Shown piece by piece: positions 9,649-17,927 of a stretch of 64,000 nt of DNA. Source of the DNA: a virus. Below the pieces are notes generated by a model. That model saw only the letters and a list, made by a program, of their open reading frames with translations, searched no databases and was not told the origin of the DNA. The stretch covers positions 1 to 64,000 of IMG/VR virus record IMGVR_UViG_3300008263_000022; one strand, 5' to 3'. The number at the start of each line of letters is the position of its first letter. Positions within the stretch are counted from its first letter, which is position 1. The translations under genes were made by a program, and so were the position numbers.

Positions 9649-9775
9649 AATATAAACTCCAATCAAATAAGAATAAGTGTTGGTTTTTCTTTATAGTCTA
9701 TAGCCAACAAAAAAGACTGCTGCTGTTTAGGCCGTTTATAGTCCGCCAAGGATATTCCTCCATTAAGACTTCATA

Positions 9776-10108
9776 CTAATGACTACGATTATTAGCCCAC
9801 TTCACACCACGCTGAAATGCCTCAAGCTCAATACGAATCTCATGAACTGCACGAGCATCACGCTGATACACATCAAACGCTTTTGCATCACGCTTACGAG
9901 TGGAACTGGCACCACGCCTACGAGGACCACGGAACATTACAAAATATTTGGTGAAATCAATAAACTGTTTGAGTTGCTCGTAATTGTCAATCGGTACGCC
10001 TTTGTAAACTGACCGAAAACCAATTGGCGAATGATGATTAGCAAATATAGATTGCATAATATCTTCTTTCTGTTGAAAACTTAATTGCATAATTACGCTC
10101 CACACCAT
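9776..10108 (-). CDS. hypothetical protein
   Basis: Basic ORF with FRGPRR. Confidence 0.55.
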   Translation of the reverse strand: MVWSVIMQLSFQQKEDIMQSIFANHHSPIGFRSVYKGVPIDNYEQLKQFIDFTKYFVMFRGPRRRGASSTRKRDAKAFDVYQRDARAVHEIRIELEAFQRGVKWANNRSH

Positions 10109-10386
10109 CTAATATGTTTAAAACCACCACACAATACATTACCACGAGCAAAGTTTCTTGCTGGTGCATTCCATGATGCTGATTTGAGAATGTCACCTTG
10201 CTTAAACTTCTTATCATCTGCCAACATCACCCACGAATGTGAACTGCGTTGATTATCTTCCATGATGATATGCACATACTTACGACCAACAGCAGCATAA
10301 AACTTTTTACTATTGTAAGCCGCTGTATTGGTATAATCATCTGCCAAATGTTTAACATACGCATCAATGCCTTCGTATAAATCCAT
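10093..10386 (-). CDS. conserved phage hypothetical protein
   Basis: GRKYVHI...GDILKSASWNAPARNFARGNV pattern. Confidence 0.7.
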   Translation of the reverse strand: MDLYEGIDAYVKHLADDYTNTAAYNSKKFYAAVGRKYVHIIMEDNQRSSHSWVMLADDKKFKQGDILKSASWNAPARNFARGNVLCGGFKHIRWCGA

Positions 10387-10387
10387 A

Positions 10388-10690
10388 TTAACCTCTACTC
10401 AAATTAATCACACGAAAATCAAATTCCATAAAACTGGTCTGGTGTGGCACAAACATAATTTTACCAACACGATTCTTTTTATTAGGTTTGGTTTCAAACT
10501 TAACAAATTTGTCAGCAGTCACCGTAATTTTGTAGCAGTTAAAACCAGGTTCATTACAATTTGCCTGCTCAACCACACCTTCAATAAAAGCATCATCACG
10601 ACCTGCACATGGTTTAAAATCATATGCACGAATCATATCACCAACTTTTGCAATTCCTTCAAATTTCAACATAATGTACCTTTCATTCAA
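10388..10690 (-). CDS. hypothetical protein
   Basis: VGDMIRAYDF pattern; lies directly downstream of a promoter. Confidence 0.6.
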   Translation of the reverse strand: MNERYIMLKFEGIAKVGDMIRAYDFKPCAGRDDAFIEGVVEQANCNEPGFNCYKITVTADKFVKFETKPNKKNRVGKIMFVPHQTSFMEFDFRVINLSRG

Positions 10691-10699
10691 TTTATACTA

Positions 10700-10752
10700 C
10701 CATTATACACTTACCACAGGGGTTTTCAAGCCCCTGTTGTAAATATACAACA
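10700..10752 (-). promoter_or_regulatory. early promoter with TGTTGT-N6-ACAACA operator
   Basis: TTGAAA...TATAATGG; palindrome tgttgtaaatatacaaca at 10735-10752. Confidence 0.7.
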
Positions 10753-10876
10753 CTATTTGGTTTTCTTGATAGAATAACCTTTTAATAAAACCCATTCAAC
10801 ATATGCTTCAACGATTGCCGGTGTATCTGGCCGTTCCTGTTGTAATGCCTTTAATTCTTTGATTGTAAATTCCCAT

Positions 10877-11413
10877 TTACTCATCATTTTCCTCGTTTTC
10901 TTCTTCCCATTCACGCATGGATTCGGTGATACAAAACATTTCATTCAAAGCTTCAGGAAGATATTCTTCCGCTTCATCAGCACTCATGCCAGAATAATCG
11001 TAGCATTCATCCACGCCTTCATACACACCAGCAAAACCCATACCAGGTTCATAGTAATATGCACGAACCTCAAAACCTAATTGTTCCAACTGCTCATAGG
11101 CCTGTATTGGAGGACCCCATGGCGAATCAAAAGTGCCATTTAGTGTATTGCCTTCGGCTTCACACTCATAAGGGCTGATATCCCACTTGGTACCCCAATT
11201 ATTCACACACCACGAGTACCAGTCAGAATAACCGTATTTGGCGACCAATGCTTCATCGGACTCACGAGCAGGCGCCGTGGTGTCTTCCAATTCTTTTGGT
11301 AATGGAATAAACTCATTCAACAATGTACCATCAGCAAATGCTTTGGCGGCACGCTCGACCATCGCTTTATCAGGATGGGACAACTCAATATTATTATTAC
11401 ACCAATTTGGCAT
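10877..11413 (-). CDS. YubB/Api92-type ferredoxin-like domain protein (DUF1281-like)
   Basis: MPNWCNN, WYSWCVNNWGTKWD, FDSPWGPP, YYEPGMGFAG. Confidence 0.75.
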   Translation of the reverse strand: MPNWCNNNIELSHPDKAMVERAAKAFADGTLLNEFIPLPKELEDTTAPARESDEALVAKYGYSDWYSWCVNNWGTKWDISPYECEAEGNTLNGTFDSPWGPPIQAYEQLEQLGFEVRAYYYEPGMGFAGVYEGVDECYDYSGMSADEAEEYLPEALNEMFCITESMREWEEENEENDE

Positions 11414-11639
11414 ACTCAAAACTCCTCAATAACAAAATAAATTAATAACGCTGAAACGACCATATACAACAAAATACCAATAGTGATTGCGACCATCATA
11501 CCTTGATTACTCGCTCAATATTCAAAGCAATATCAAACTTACGAAATTGCTCATTGGCATATGCTACCGCTGTTGCATATGAATCAAAAAGTAAACCATC
11601 ACACACATAAAAAGTCATACATTTTCTCCACTTAAAAGA

Positions 11640-11707
11640 CCATTATACAGGAAACTGGTATAAATGTCAATACCCTGTATAATAGTCGACCAAATCGGTC
11701 AACTATT
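11640..11707 (-). promoter_or_regulatory. early promoter with 27-bp palindromic operator (class 2)
   Basis: TTGACA...TATAATGG; aatagtcgacc-aaatc-ggtcaactatt at 11681-11707. Confidence 0.7.
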
Positions 11708-11713
11708 CAAAAC

Positions 11714-12001
11714 CTAATCACAAATACTTACCGAACAACTAAGAATTAATTGCCGTTTTTCAATATCTACACCAACAATATTATCAGCATTTGACCACCG
11801 TAAGGCACCATAACCACTCTGATTGGTACCAAGTTTGCCAGCGTTTTTCCACGCTTCACAAATTGCCAAGGTCACCGCTGGTGTCAATTCACCATCATAT
11901 TCAATATCGACCAAATCTTGCCAAGTGTCCTGATAGGCCTCCATGCGGTGGGTGCCTTCAATCATTTTCCTAGTGCTCACTAATATTTTACCACCAAACA
12001 T
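11714..12001 (-). CDS. hypothetical protein
   Basis: Probable start MFGGKILVS after GGAG. Confidence 0.55.
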   Translation of the reverse strand: MFGGKILVSTRKMIEGTHRMEAYQDTWQDLVDIEYDGELTPAVTLAICEAWKNAGKLGTNQSGYGALRWSNADNIVGVDIEKRQLILSCSVSICD

Positions 12002-12002
12002 A

Positions 12003-12185
12003 TTACACTCCATACATGGAAGGTGGAGATATATTTTTGTTACCAGCACGAACAAAATATATTTCCTGTTCAACATATTCCAATGGCAGATGCAATACTT
12101 TTGCAATATGCTCACTGGTGCGACCTTTGAAGTAAAACTACTCAATCGCCGAATAAATCAATTCTTTTTCATTTATTGCTTTCAT
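12003..12185 (-). pseudogene. small HTH-like ORF interrupted by an in-frame TAG
   Basis: MKAINEKELIYSAIE*FYFKGRTSEHIAKVLHLPLEYVEQEI...; TAG at 12138-12140. The frame fills the intergenic gap. Confidence 0.5.
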
Positions 12186-12451
12186 ACTTACTCCAAGGTT
12201 AAAGTTTCAATTTCCACATCCTCGGTTTCACCAAGGTTCTTTGTTGGTATCTGGTCCTGCACCATTTTCATAAACGCCACCGCCTTATCATAATTCGAAA
12301 AAGCTCGGAGATTCAACCATTCCCAACCACTAAAATCGACCAACTGGCCAGATTTCACAATATACACATTTGTCATAAACAAACTCCTACTAATAATAAC
12401 AATACACCGATACTGAACCGAATCAATATCTGCCGATCCTGCCAATCCATA

Positions 12452-12595
12452 TTATTCAGCAAAATCCGTCCAATATTCTACTGCCTGCTCTGCCATTTCC
12501 AACGAGCAACCTAATGCTTGAGAGATTTGGTCGGCATTGTAACCACACTCCAATAATAACTGGACTTCATCCAGAAATGCTTTCATACCGCTCAT
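12452..12595 (-). CDS. small HTH-like protein
   Basis: MSGMKAFLDEVQLLLECGYNADQISQALGCSLEMAEQAV, after a GGAGG RBS. Confidence 0.6.
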   Translation of the reverse strand: MSGMKAFLDEVQLLLECGYNADQISQALGCSLEMAEQAVEYWTDFAE

Positions 12596-13365
12596 ACTGC
12601 CTCCAATTTCATAGTAAACGAATAATTCCCAACAGGATACTTCACAAACCCGCTGGTGTCCTTTTTGGCCTTGCCTTTGGCATATAGACCAACCACACAA
12701 CCTTTTGGATCAAGAAAGCGTAAATCGCTATCATCACCATTGAATACGGATAGATTATGGTTGAAGAATTTCTTAGGCATTGCGGTACCTTTCTTGATAC
12801 CGAATACCACAGCAACATTCAATCCTTCAGCAACCGCACGCTTACAATCCATATAATTACCATCTGCCATCGAAAATGTAAGATGATAATTTTTGATGCC
12901 TGCTACTTTACGACCAATCACCTTGGTATAGTCATAGAATTGCACATTGGGAAAAGCTGCAAAGATGTTAGTGAAAACTTCACCACCACGCACAACCTCA
13001 TACTTTTCCCATGATAAATCAGAGGTGCCATTCAAGCGAAATACGGGAATTAAACCTTTCTTAGCAGATTGCTTAATCGCCAATTCAATATCAGCAACTA
13101 ACCACTCCATGAAATACTTCCGCTCTTCAAAGAAAAATGCCGTTTTACGCATCCGTGCTTCTTGAATAACATTGGTGGTCGTACCTTTCTTGAATAGACC
13201 ACCACGACCTGCCGTATTCAAACAGGCAGATTTGCATCCGACCGTTGCCTTTGGACAGGTATTGTAACCAGAAAGGTCAGCAGGCGCAAGATGCAATATG
13301 TAAGTATTGTAACCTTGTGCCAAACCTTTCAAAATCTTAGGATTGCCAGTAGATAATAATTTCAT
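12592..13365 (-). CDS. GP88-family (radical-SAM-like) phage protein
   Basis: CPKATVGCKSACL Cys cluster, RLNGTSD, FYDYTK, GDDSDLRFLD. Confidence 0.75.
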   Translation of the reverse strand: MKLLSTGNPKILKGLAQGYNTYILHLAPADLSGYNTCPKATVGCKSACLNTAGRGGLFKKGTTTNVIQEARMRKTAFFFEERKYFMEWLVADIELAIKQSAKKGLIPVFRLNGTSDLSWEKYEVVRGGEVFTNIFAAFPNVQFYDYTKVIGRKVAGIKNYHLTFSMADGNYMDCKRAVAEGLNVAVVFGIKKGTAMPKKFFNHNLSVFNGDDSDLRFLDPKGCVVGLYAKGKAKKDTSGFVKYPVGNYSFTMKLEAV

Positions 13366-13393
13366 AATATAAATTTCCAATCAAATAATACAA

Positions 13394-13456
13394 CCATTAT
13401 ACCAGACCGGTGGTGGATGTCAAGAGAAATCCGCAACCTGTTGTATAAAAGCGACA
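13394..13456 (-). promoter_or_regulatory. early promoter with degenerate TGTTGT-N6-ACAACA operator
   Basis: TTGACA...TATAATGG; tgttgtataaaagcgaca at 13439-13456. Confidence 0.65.
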
Positions 13457-13861
13457 AAGTGTGAAAAAGTGGGATAAAGTGTCGTTTATACCATCGCCGC
13501 ATATATGTAACCTGCGGCTCTTAGTTTGTTTCCACGATTCTCCTACTCTTTCCTACCATTTCCTGAGTATCCTAGAGTAATACTAAGCAACTCAGAAAAA
13601 AGTGGTGGTCTTACTTGTTTGCCACCGAAAGAGAATTTCTATATTGGTTGGTTCTCTGATAATACTTCTTGAATACGGTCACGCTGGTCTTCGGTAAAAT
13701 TGAAGGCAAAGCGGTTTAGCAAAAATACTATAAAACTGGTAACTATACTATTAATCATTGTGGATCTTTCATAATTTTAAGGTAAACTAAATCATCAAGA
13801 GCAGTATAAGCGGTGTTTAATATCTTAACATACTCTGGATGGTCGATATAATACTGGTCTT

Positions 13862-14134
13862 TTAACTAATAGCACTTTGAAAAGAATTGGTATAATCAAT
13901 TCTATTATATTCTTCATGCGATATATCTCCGAATTCGGTCGACTCTAACGAATAAATCTCATACTGCGATTCATTGAATTCGTTAAATGATTCGACAAAA
14001 TATCCGAGCGGATTATCATTACTATCATATACTTCGTATTGATTTTCATCACGAGATGCGTAACTTTGCACGACATAATAATTATCAGTTTTTACTACAA
14101 ATGCAACATTCATCATATTTTTTATCTCTTTCAC
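13862..14134 (-). CDS. hypothetical protein
   Basis: Acidic 90-aa ORF with a promoter just upstream. Confidence 0.5.
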   Translation of the reverse strand: MKEIKNMMNVAFVVKTDNYYVVQSYASRDENQYEVYDSNDNPLGYFVESFNEFNESQYEIYSLESTEFGDISHEEYNRIDYTNSFQSAIS

Positions 14135-14196
14135 TTTAAAAATCTATTATAACATAAAACGGCAAATATCACAAGCACTATTAATACTTGAGTAAA

Positions 14197-14406
14197 TTAG
14201 TCGACTATTTGCAAATCGGTATAAATCACTTGTCCGGCATTGCGTTTAACTATGGCAATTTCATTGCACTTGCGTGTTTCATATTGCCAGTAATCTACTT
14301 TGGGGGCAGTAAATTCGGTGGTCACAGTCAGGTTTAAATCTGATTGTAGCATTGCTAATAGTGTTTTTTTATCAGCAAGGGGTAATTCTCGTATTCTATC
14401 TAGCAT
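14197..14406 (-). CDS. hypothetical protein
   Basis: 69-aa ORF. Confidence 0.5.
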   Translation of the reverse strand: MLDRIRELPLADKKTLLAMLQSDLNLTVTTEFTAPKVDYWQYETRKCNEIAIVKRNAGQVIYTDLQIVD

Positions 14407-14469
14407 ATAATCTCTTTATAATAAATTTACTAGTAGCGACTATCTCAAATCGCTACTATAAATTCACTA

Positions 14470-14745
14470 TTAGGCGAAAGTGGTAACTACTGGTTTACTA
14501 GGTTTGCGATTTAACTTAGTAGCAACAGCGCCGGTGGGGTTGCGGAGTTTTGCTAGTTTTTCTTCTAATTTCGCAATGCGTTCTTGTTTTTTCTGAGCAC
14601 GAAGCAAAGCAGAATTTTGTTTGCGTTGGAAATTAGCGTCACGATTAGCAGCGATATGCTCTTTAATCATTAATTTAATAGATTTGACTAAATTGCGTTT
14701 TTCAGCGACTGTAAGGTTTTGAATTGTATCAATATATGAAAACAT
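14470..14745 (-). CDS. basic coiled-coil hypothetical protein
   Basis: 91 aa, Lys/Arg-rich; first gene after the promoter at 14791-14820. Confidence 0.6.
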   Translation of the reverse strand: MFSYIDTIQNLTVAEKRNLVKSIKLMIKEHIAANRDANFQRKQNSALLRAQKKQERIAKLEEKLAKLRNPTGAVATKLNRKPSKPVVTTFA

Positions 14746-14790
14746 AATTTTTCTTTCGTTATAAGTGTTAATGAATTACTACAATAGAAT

Positions 14791-14890
14791 CTATTATACA
14801 CGAATTGGCGCCAGTGTCAATAACTATTTGCCACTCCTGTAAGCGCTTGATTTTATTGAGAATAATACTGTAGCGTTTTGGTCAAGTATT
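14791..14890 (-). promoter_or_regulatory. strong early promoter with class-2 operator
   Basis: TTGACA...TATAAT; aatactgtagc-gtttt-ggtcaagtatt at 14864-14890. Confidence 0.65.
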
Positions 14891-15270
14891 GGTCGGGGTT
14901 CACGAGGACGCACGAAAACGCCTCGAGGTGGTACGGCTCGGAGGGTCGTGGAGCCAGCTCTGGAGCCGTGTGGGGATTGGGTGGGATACTGGAGAGCTGC
15001 AGTACTGGAGCCGTATGGGGACTGCTTCGGAGTGCTTCGTGACTGCTGTACAGCGCTGTACTGGTACGGCTCGGAGGGCAGCTCTGATTTTGACTATATG
15101 GTGTATAGGGGGGAGGGGTGGTGTGAAGTGTTAGCTAAAAAAGTGTTTCCAGGTCAAACTCTTTTTTCCAATTTTTTATTTTCTGGGGCTTCCGTCAGGA
15201 TTTCGATTTTTCGGATTCATTAATCCTAAAATTTTTTTCAGGTCCGTCCACAAGGACCAGAAGCGTTCTT
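14891..15270. repeat. GC-rich non-coding island with short direct repeats and a G-tract
   Basis: ggtacggctcggaggg at 14930 and 15063; ctggagccgt(g/a)tgggga(t/c)tg at 14960 and 15005; G-run at about 15107-15123, then T-tracts. Confidence 0.7.
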
Positions 15271-15278
15271 GGTATTGT

Positions 15279-15497
15279 CTAACGGGATCCATAGATTTGT
15301 TTCTCTAATTCATGAATACGGTCCACGAGTTTCATTACATCTTCAACTGGTACCCATTTACCAGAAATATCGGTACAGAAGGCTCTCATGCGTTCACCGG
15401 AGATATGGAGTGTTTGTTTATTAGGATTGATACTGTGTTCTTTTAATAGTTCTTTCATCATTCTTCTATCAATGTCCTTTCTTGTATCATCCACCAC
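15279..15497 (-). CDS. hypothetical protein
   Basis: 72-aa ORF. Confidence 0.5.
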   Translation of the reverse strand: MVDDTRKDIDRRMMKELLKEHSINPNKQTLHISGERMRAFCTDISGKWVPVEDVMKLVDRIHELEKQIYGSR

Positions 15498-15700
15498 CTT
15501 TCTACAGCAGCTTTGGCGGATTCGGAGTTAATGTACATTCCTAAAGAGAATATTTCTTTGTTGTCTGGATAGATGGTTGTCGTGTGTTTAGTTTTAATCT
15601 GATGACCAGCAAGGCCCACTTCGCCAATGATTCGACCACTCTCATCATAATACAGAAAGTGTGCAACGGTTTCTCCATCTTTCCATTTACGAATATTCAT
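15458..15700 (-). CDS. hypothetical protein
   Basis: 80-aa ORF ending LGMYINSESAKAAVERWW. Confidence 0.55.
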   Translation of the reverse strand: MNIRKWKDGETVAHFLYYDESGRIIGEVGLAGHQIKTKHTTTIYPDNKEIFSLGMYINSESAKAAVERWWMIQERTLIEE

Positions 15701-15848
15701 ATTGAAATATTCGGTCTATCGAAAACCATTGCGATACCACAGATGGTTAATAATAGATAACCTTTTGGTGTGTATTCTTTGTAATACCAGAAATTCTTAG
15801 AGAACCAGAGGTCGGTATGTGTCCAGTATTGAAAGAGATGCAGTAACC

Positions 15849-16058
15849 TCATTTTGCTTCCTTGTCTTTAATGATTAAATTGGTTCGTTCTTTACCATTT
15901 TGGTCGATACAAATCCAAGTATGGCTCAGCGGCTTCTGAGGCCGACAGGTGAGAACACTATTGGAATCTTTTGATTGTATTGGTATCTCGGAAGCGCTTT
16001 GTCCGGAGGCGGCGGAAACGCAGAGGAGTAAGAGAGGTACTAGAAGGAGTTTTGCCAT
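15849..16058 (-). CDS. secreted hypothetical protein
   Basis: Signal-peptide-like N-terminus. Confidence 0.5.
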   Translation of the reverse strand: MAKLLLVPLLLLCVSAASGQSASEIPIQSKDSNSVLTCRPQKPLSHTWICIDQNGKERTNLIIKDKEAK

Positions 16059-16258
16059 GATATAGAGATTGTGTTTCGCAGATACGTTTCGCTATTTGGT
16101 GATGTTATTCCAAAAGTCAATATACGTTTCGATGAGTGTGGTCCAAAGTTTGATAATCGTTTTGATTGGATGTTCTATGAGGGTGGCCATAGCGATAAGT
16201 GTGGCTGGTACAGCGACCAGTGCGGTGATAAGTATACCAAGGATGCCTAAAAGTGTAA

Positions 16259-16621
16259 TCATGTTTTTATAAAGTCAATAATGCCTTGTGCTGTATTCAT
16301 ATGGCGGGTTTTATGGGAACGGTATTCTTCTAGTTCTTTTTCAAGTTCAAGGATGCGTTTACGTAGTAAGGAGTTCTGTTCTTCGGTATCAGATAGGTTC
16401 AAGTTAAGTTGGTTACCCGACATACAATCTTCGGTACTGAGTATGTCTTGGTATTCATTTTTTAGTATGACAGCATCTTCGTAACCAGGATGATACGGTG
16501 CTTCGGCAACTAAATCAGGTTCTTCCATGCCGTTAGTAGAAGATGGTGTTACACATCCTAAACCTGGTTCATATGCAGATTTTCTATCGTCTGACGTAAA
16601 AGTGGTCATGTTATTCTCCAA
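16259..16621 (-). CDS. hypothetical protein
   Basis: MTTFTSDDR...APYHPGYED, coiled-coil C-terminus. Confidence 0.55.
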   Translation of the reverse strand: MENNMTTFTSDDRKSAYEPGLGCVTPSSTNGMEEPDLVAEAPYHPGYEDAVILKNEYQDILSTEDCMSGNQLNLNLSDTEEQNSLLRKRILELEKELEEYRSHKTRHMNTAQGIIDFIKT

Positions 16622-16871
16622 AGATTAAAACGATTTCGTCCTCAGAAATGATATAGTAGTCTATACCATCATACTTGGTTTTACGTGCGGCATTCCAATT
16701 AGGCAATACTGTATCACCTTCTTTGACCATTTCTGCGTCAGGTCCTAGTGATACTACTTTTCCTTTATTGGCTTCTAATGGATCAGCAGACGAAAGAAGA
16801 ATGCCAGAACCGGTAATCTTTTCTTTTTCAATCAACTCAATAATTACATTATTTTTAATAGGTCTTAACAA
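16611..16871 (-). CDS. groES: co-chaperonin GroES (Cpn10)
   Basis: LRPIKNNVII...TGSGILL...GKVVSLGP...VKEGDTVL...ISEDEI. Confidence 0.85.
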   Translation of the reverse strand: MLRPIKNNVIIELIEKEKITGSGILLSSADPLEANKGKVVSLGPDAEMVKEGDTVLPNWNAARKTKYDGIDYYIISEDEIVLIFGE

Positions 16872-17061
16872 TTACAAATCTCCTCTTGGTATCGTTACAT
16901 AAATCAACTACGTCTTTTGGTGTTTCATAATTTAACATACTACAATTATACTCGATAGCAATAGGTTTGTCAAACTTTTTATGGTAATCATCATGCTGTA
17001 CAAAGGCAAAGACCATTGTAAAGGCAACGATAAAGAGGCAAAGTTTGAGGTATTCTAGCAT
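16855..17061 (-). CDS. membrane-anchored hypothetical protein
   Basis: N-terminal hydrophobic segment. Confidence 0.5.
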   Translation of the reverse strand: MLEYLKLCLFIVAFTMVFAFVQHDDYHKKFDKPIAIEYNCSMLNYETPKDVVDLCNDTKRRFVIVKTY

Positions 17062-17184
17062 ACCTCTATATATGTTTATTGCCTCTGTGCCTTCAACTGA
17101 TTAATCATATTTTGTATTTGATTTCGTATATAACTACCAGGAGGTGCCCAAGGTAATAAATGTTTTAGAAACTTTAATAGTTCG

Positions 17185-17481
17185 TCAGGATGCATCTTTA
17201 AAAATACTCGACCATTTTTTTAGTTTTATTTTTTTGGCTTCCATGGCAGCCAACATATCATGTTCATTGATTACCTTTTGTTCAACCAATAAACCAATCA
17301 TACACAATAGTTGACCTAACTCCATAGTCAGGCATTCTTTGGTTGTTGCCGAATCTTCTGTGGGATAACACGATTCAAAACCGAATCGAAATATCTTAGA
17401 GGTTGCTTGGATTACTTCTGCACATTCTTCTTGTAATATAATTAATGTTTCTTTTGTTTTATTTTCCATCATCTTCCACAA
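17185..17481 (-). CDS. MazG-like NTP pyrophosphatase-fold protein
   Basis: LQEECAEVIQATSKIFRFG...ELGQL. Confidence 0.65.
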   Translation of the reverse strand: MWKMMENKTKETLIILQEECAEVIQATSKIFRFGFESCYPTEDSATTKECLTMELGQLLCMIGLLVEQKVINEHDMLAAMEAKKIKLKKWSSIFKDAS

Positions 17482-17722
17482 ATTTAATCACAGGCATATA
17501 TTCTTCTACTTTTTTAATTGCTGACTCTCTGGTCGGAGCAATTACTTTACAAGTATACATGCCATCTTTCATACTGATTGTGAATGGTACAACACCATTG
17601 ATAAACCATTCTTCTTGCACATAACACTTAATGTTCCATTCTCTGGCATTAAGGCATCGTTTGATCATCTCATCGGCAATTTTCTTAGGATTAAAATCAT
17701 CTTCAGCAATCATATTAGACAT
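17459..17722 (-). CDS. hypothetical protein
   Basis: 87-aa ORF. Confidence 0.55.
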   Translation of the reverse strand: MSNMIAEDDFNPKKIADEMIKRCLNAREWNIKCYVQEEWFINGVVPFTISMKDGMYTCKVIAPTRESAIKKVEEYMPVIKFVEDDGK

Positions 17723-17927
17723 CGTTCCATTTCTCCACTAAAAAGCTTGGCCCCTTCTTTTCTTCAGCCAAAACATAATCTTCTGCCATATCTTCTGCTT
17801 TCTGATAATCGGCAGTAACTTCTTTTTTAATTATTTTTTCATTTAGATAATAAACAATAGTGTAATTATACTCAGACCTTTCTACAATGGCTTTCTTATC
17901 ACCATTCATAAATTTAGATAGTTCCAT
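17715..17927 (-). CDS. hypothetical protein
   Basis: 70 aa with KAEDMAEDYVL. Confidence 0.6.
   Translation of the reverse strand: MELSKFMNGDKKAIVERSEYNYTIVYYLNEKIIKKEVTADYQKAEDMAEDYVLAEEKKGPSFLVEKWNDV

Noticed and set aside
11714-12145. 143-aa ORF as given in the track
   Set aside because: Its 5' part overlaps another frame; the ATG at 12001 with an RBS is the more plausible start.
14430-14458. Intergenic hairpin tagtagcga/tcgctacta
   Set aside because: A simple stem-loop, probably a terminator or processing site; nothing further supports a novel role.
14930-15078. Possible mini-CRISPR array
   Set aside because: Only two copies of each repeat, interleaved, with irregular spacing and no cas genes.
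14889-15223. Two plus-strand ORFs in the GC-rich island
   Set aside because: Atypical composition and no RBS; explained by stop-poor GC-rich repeats.
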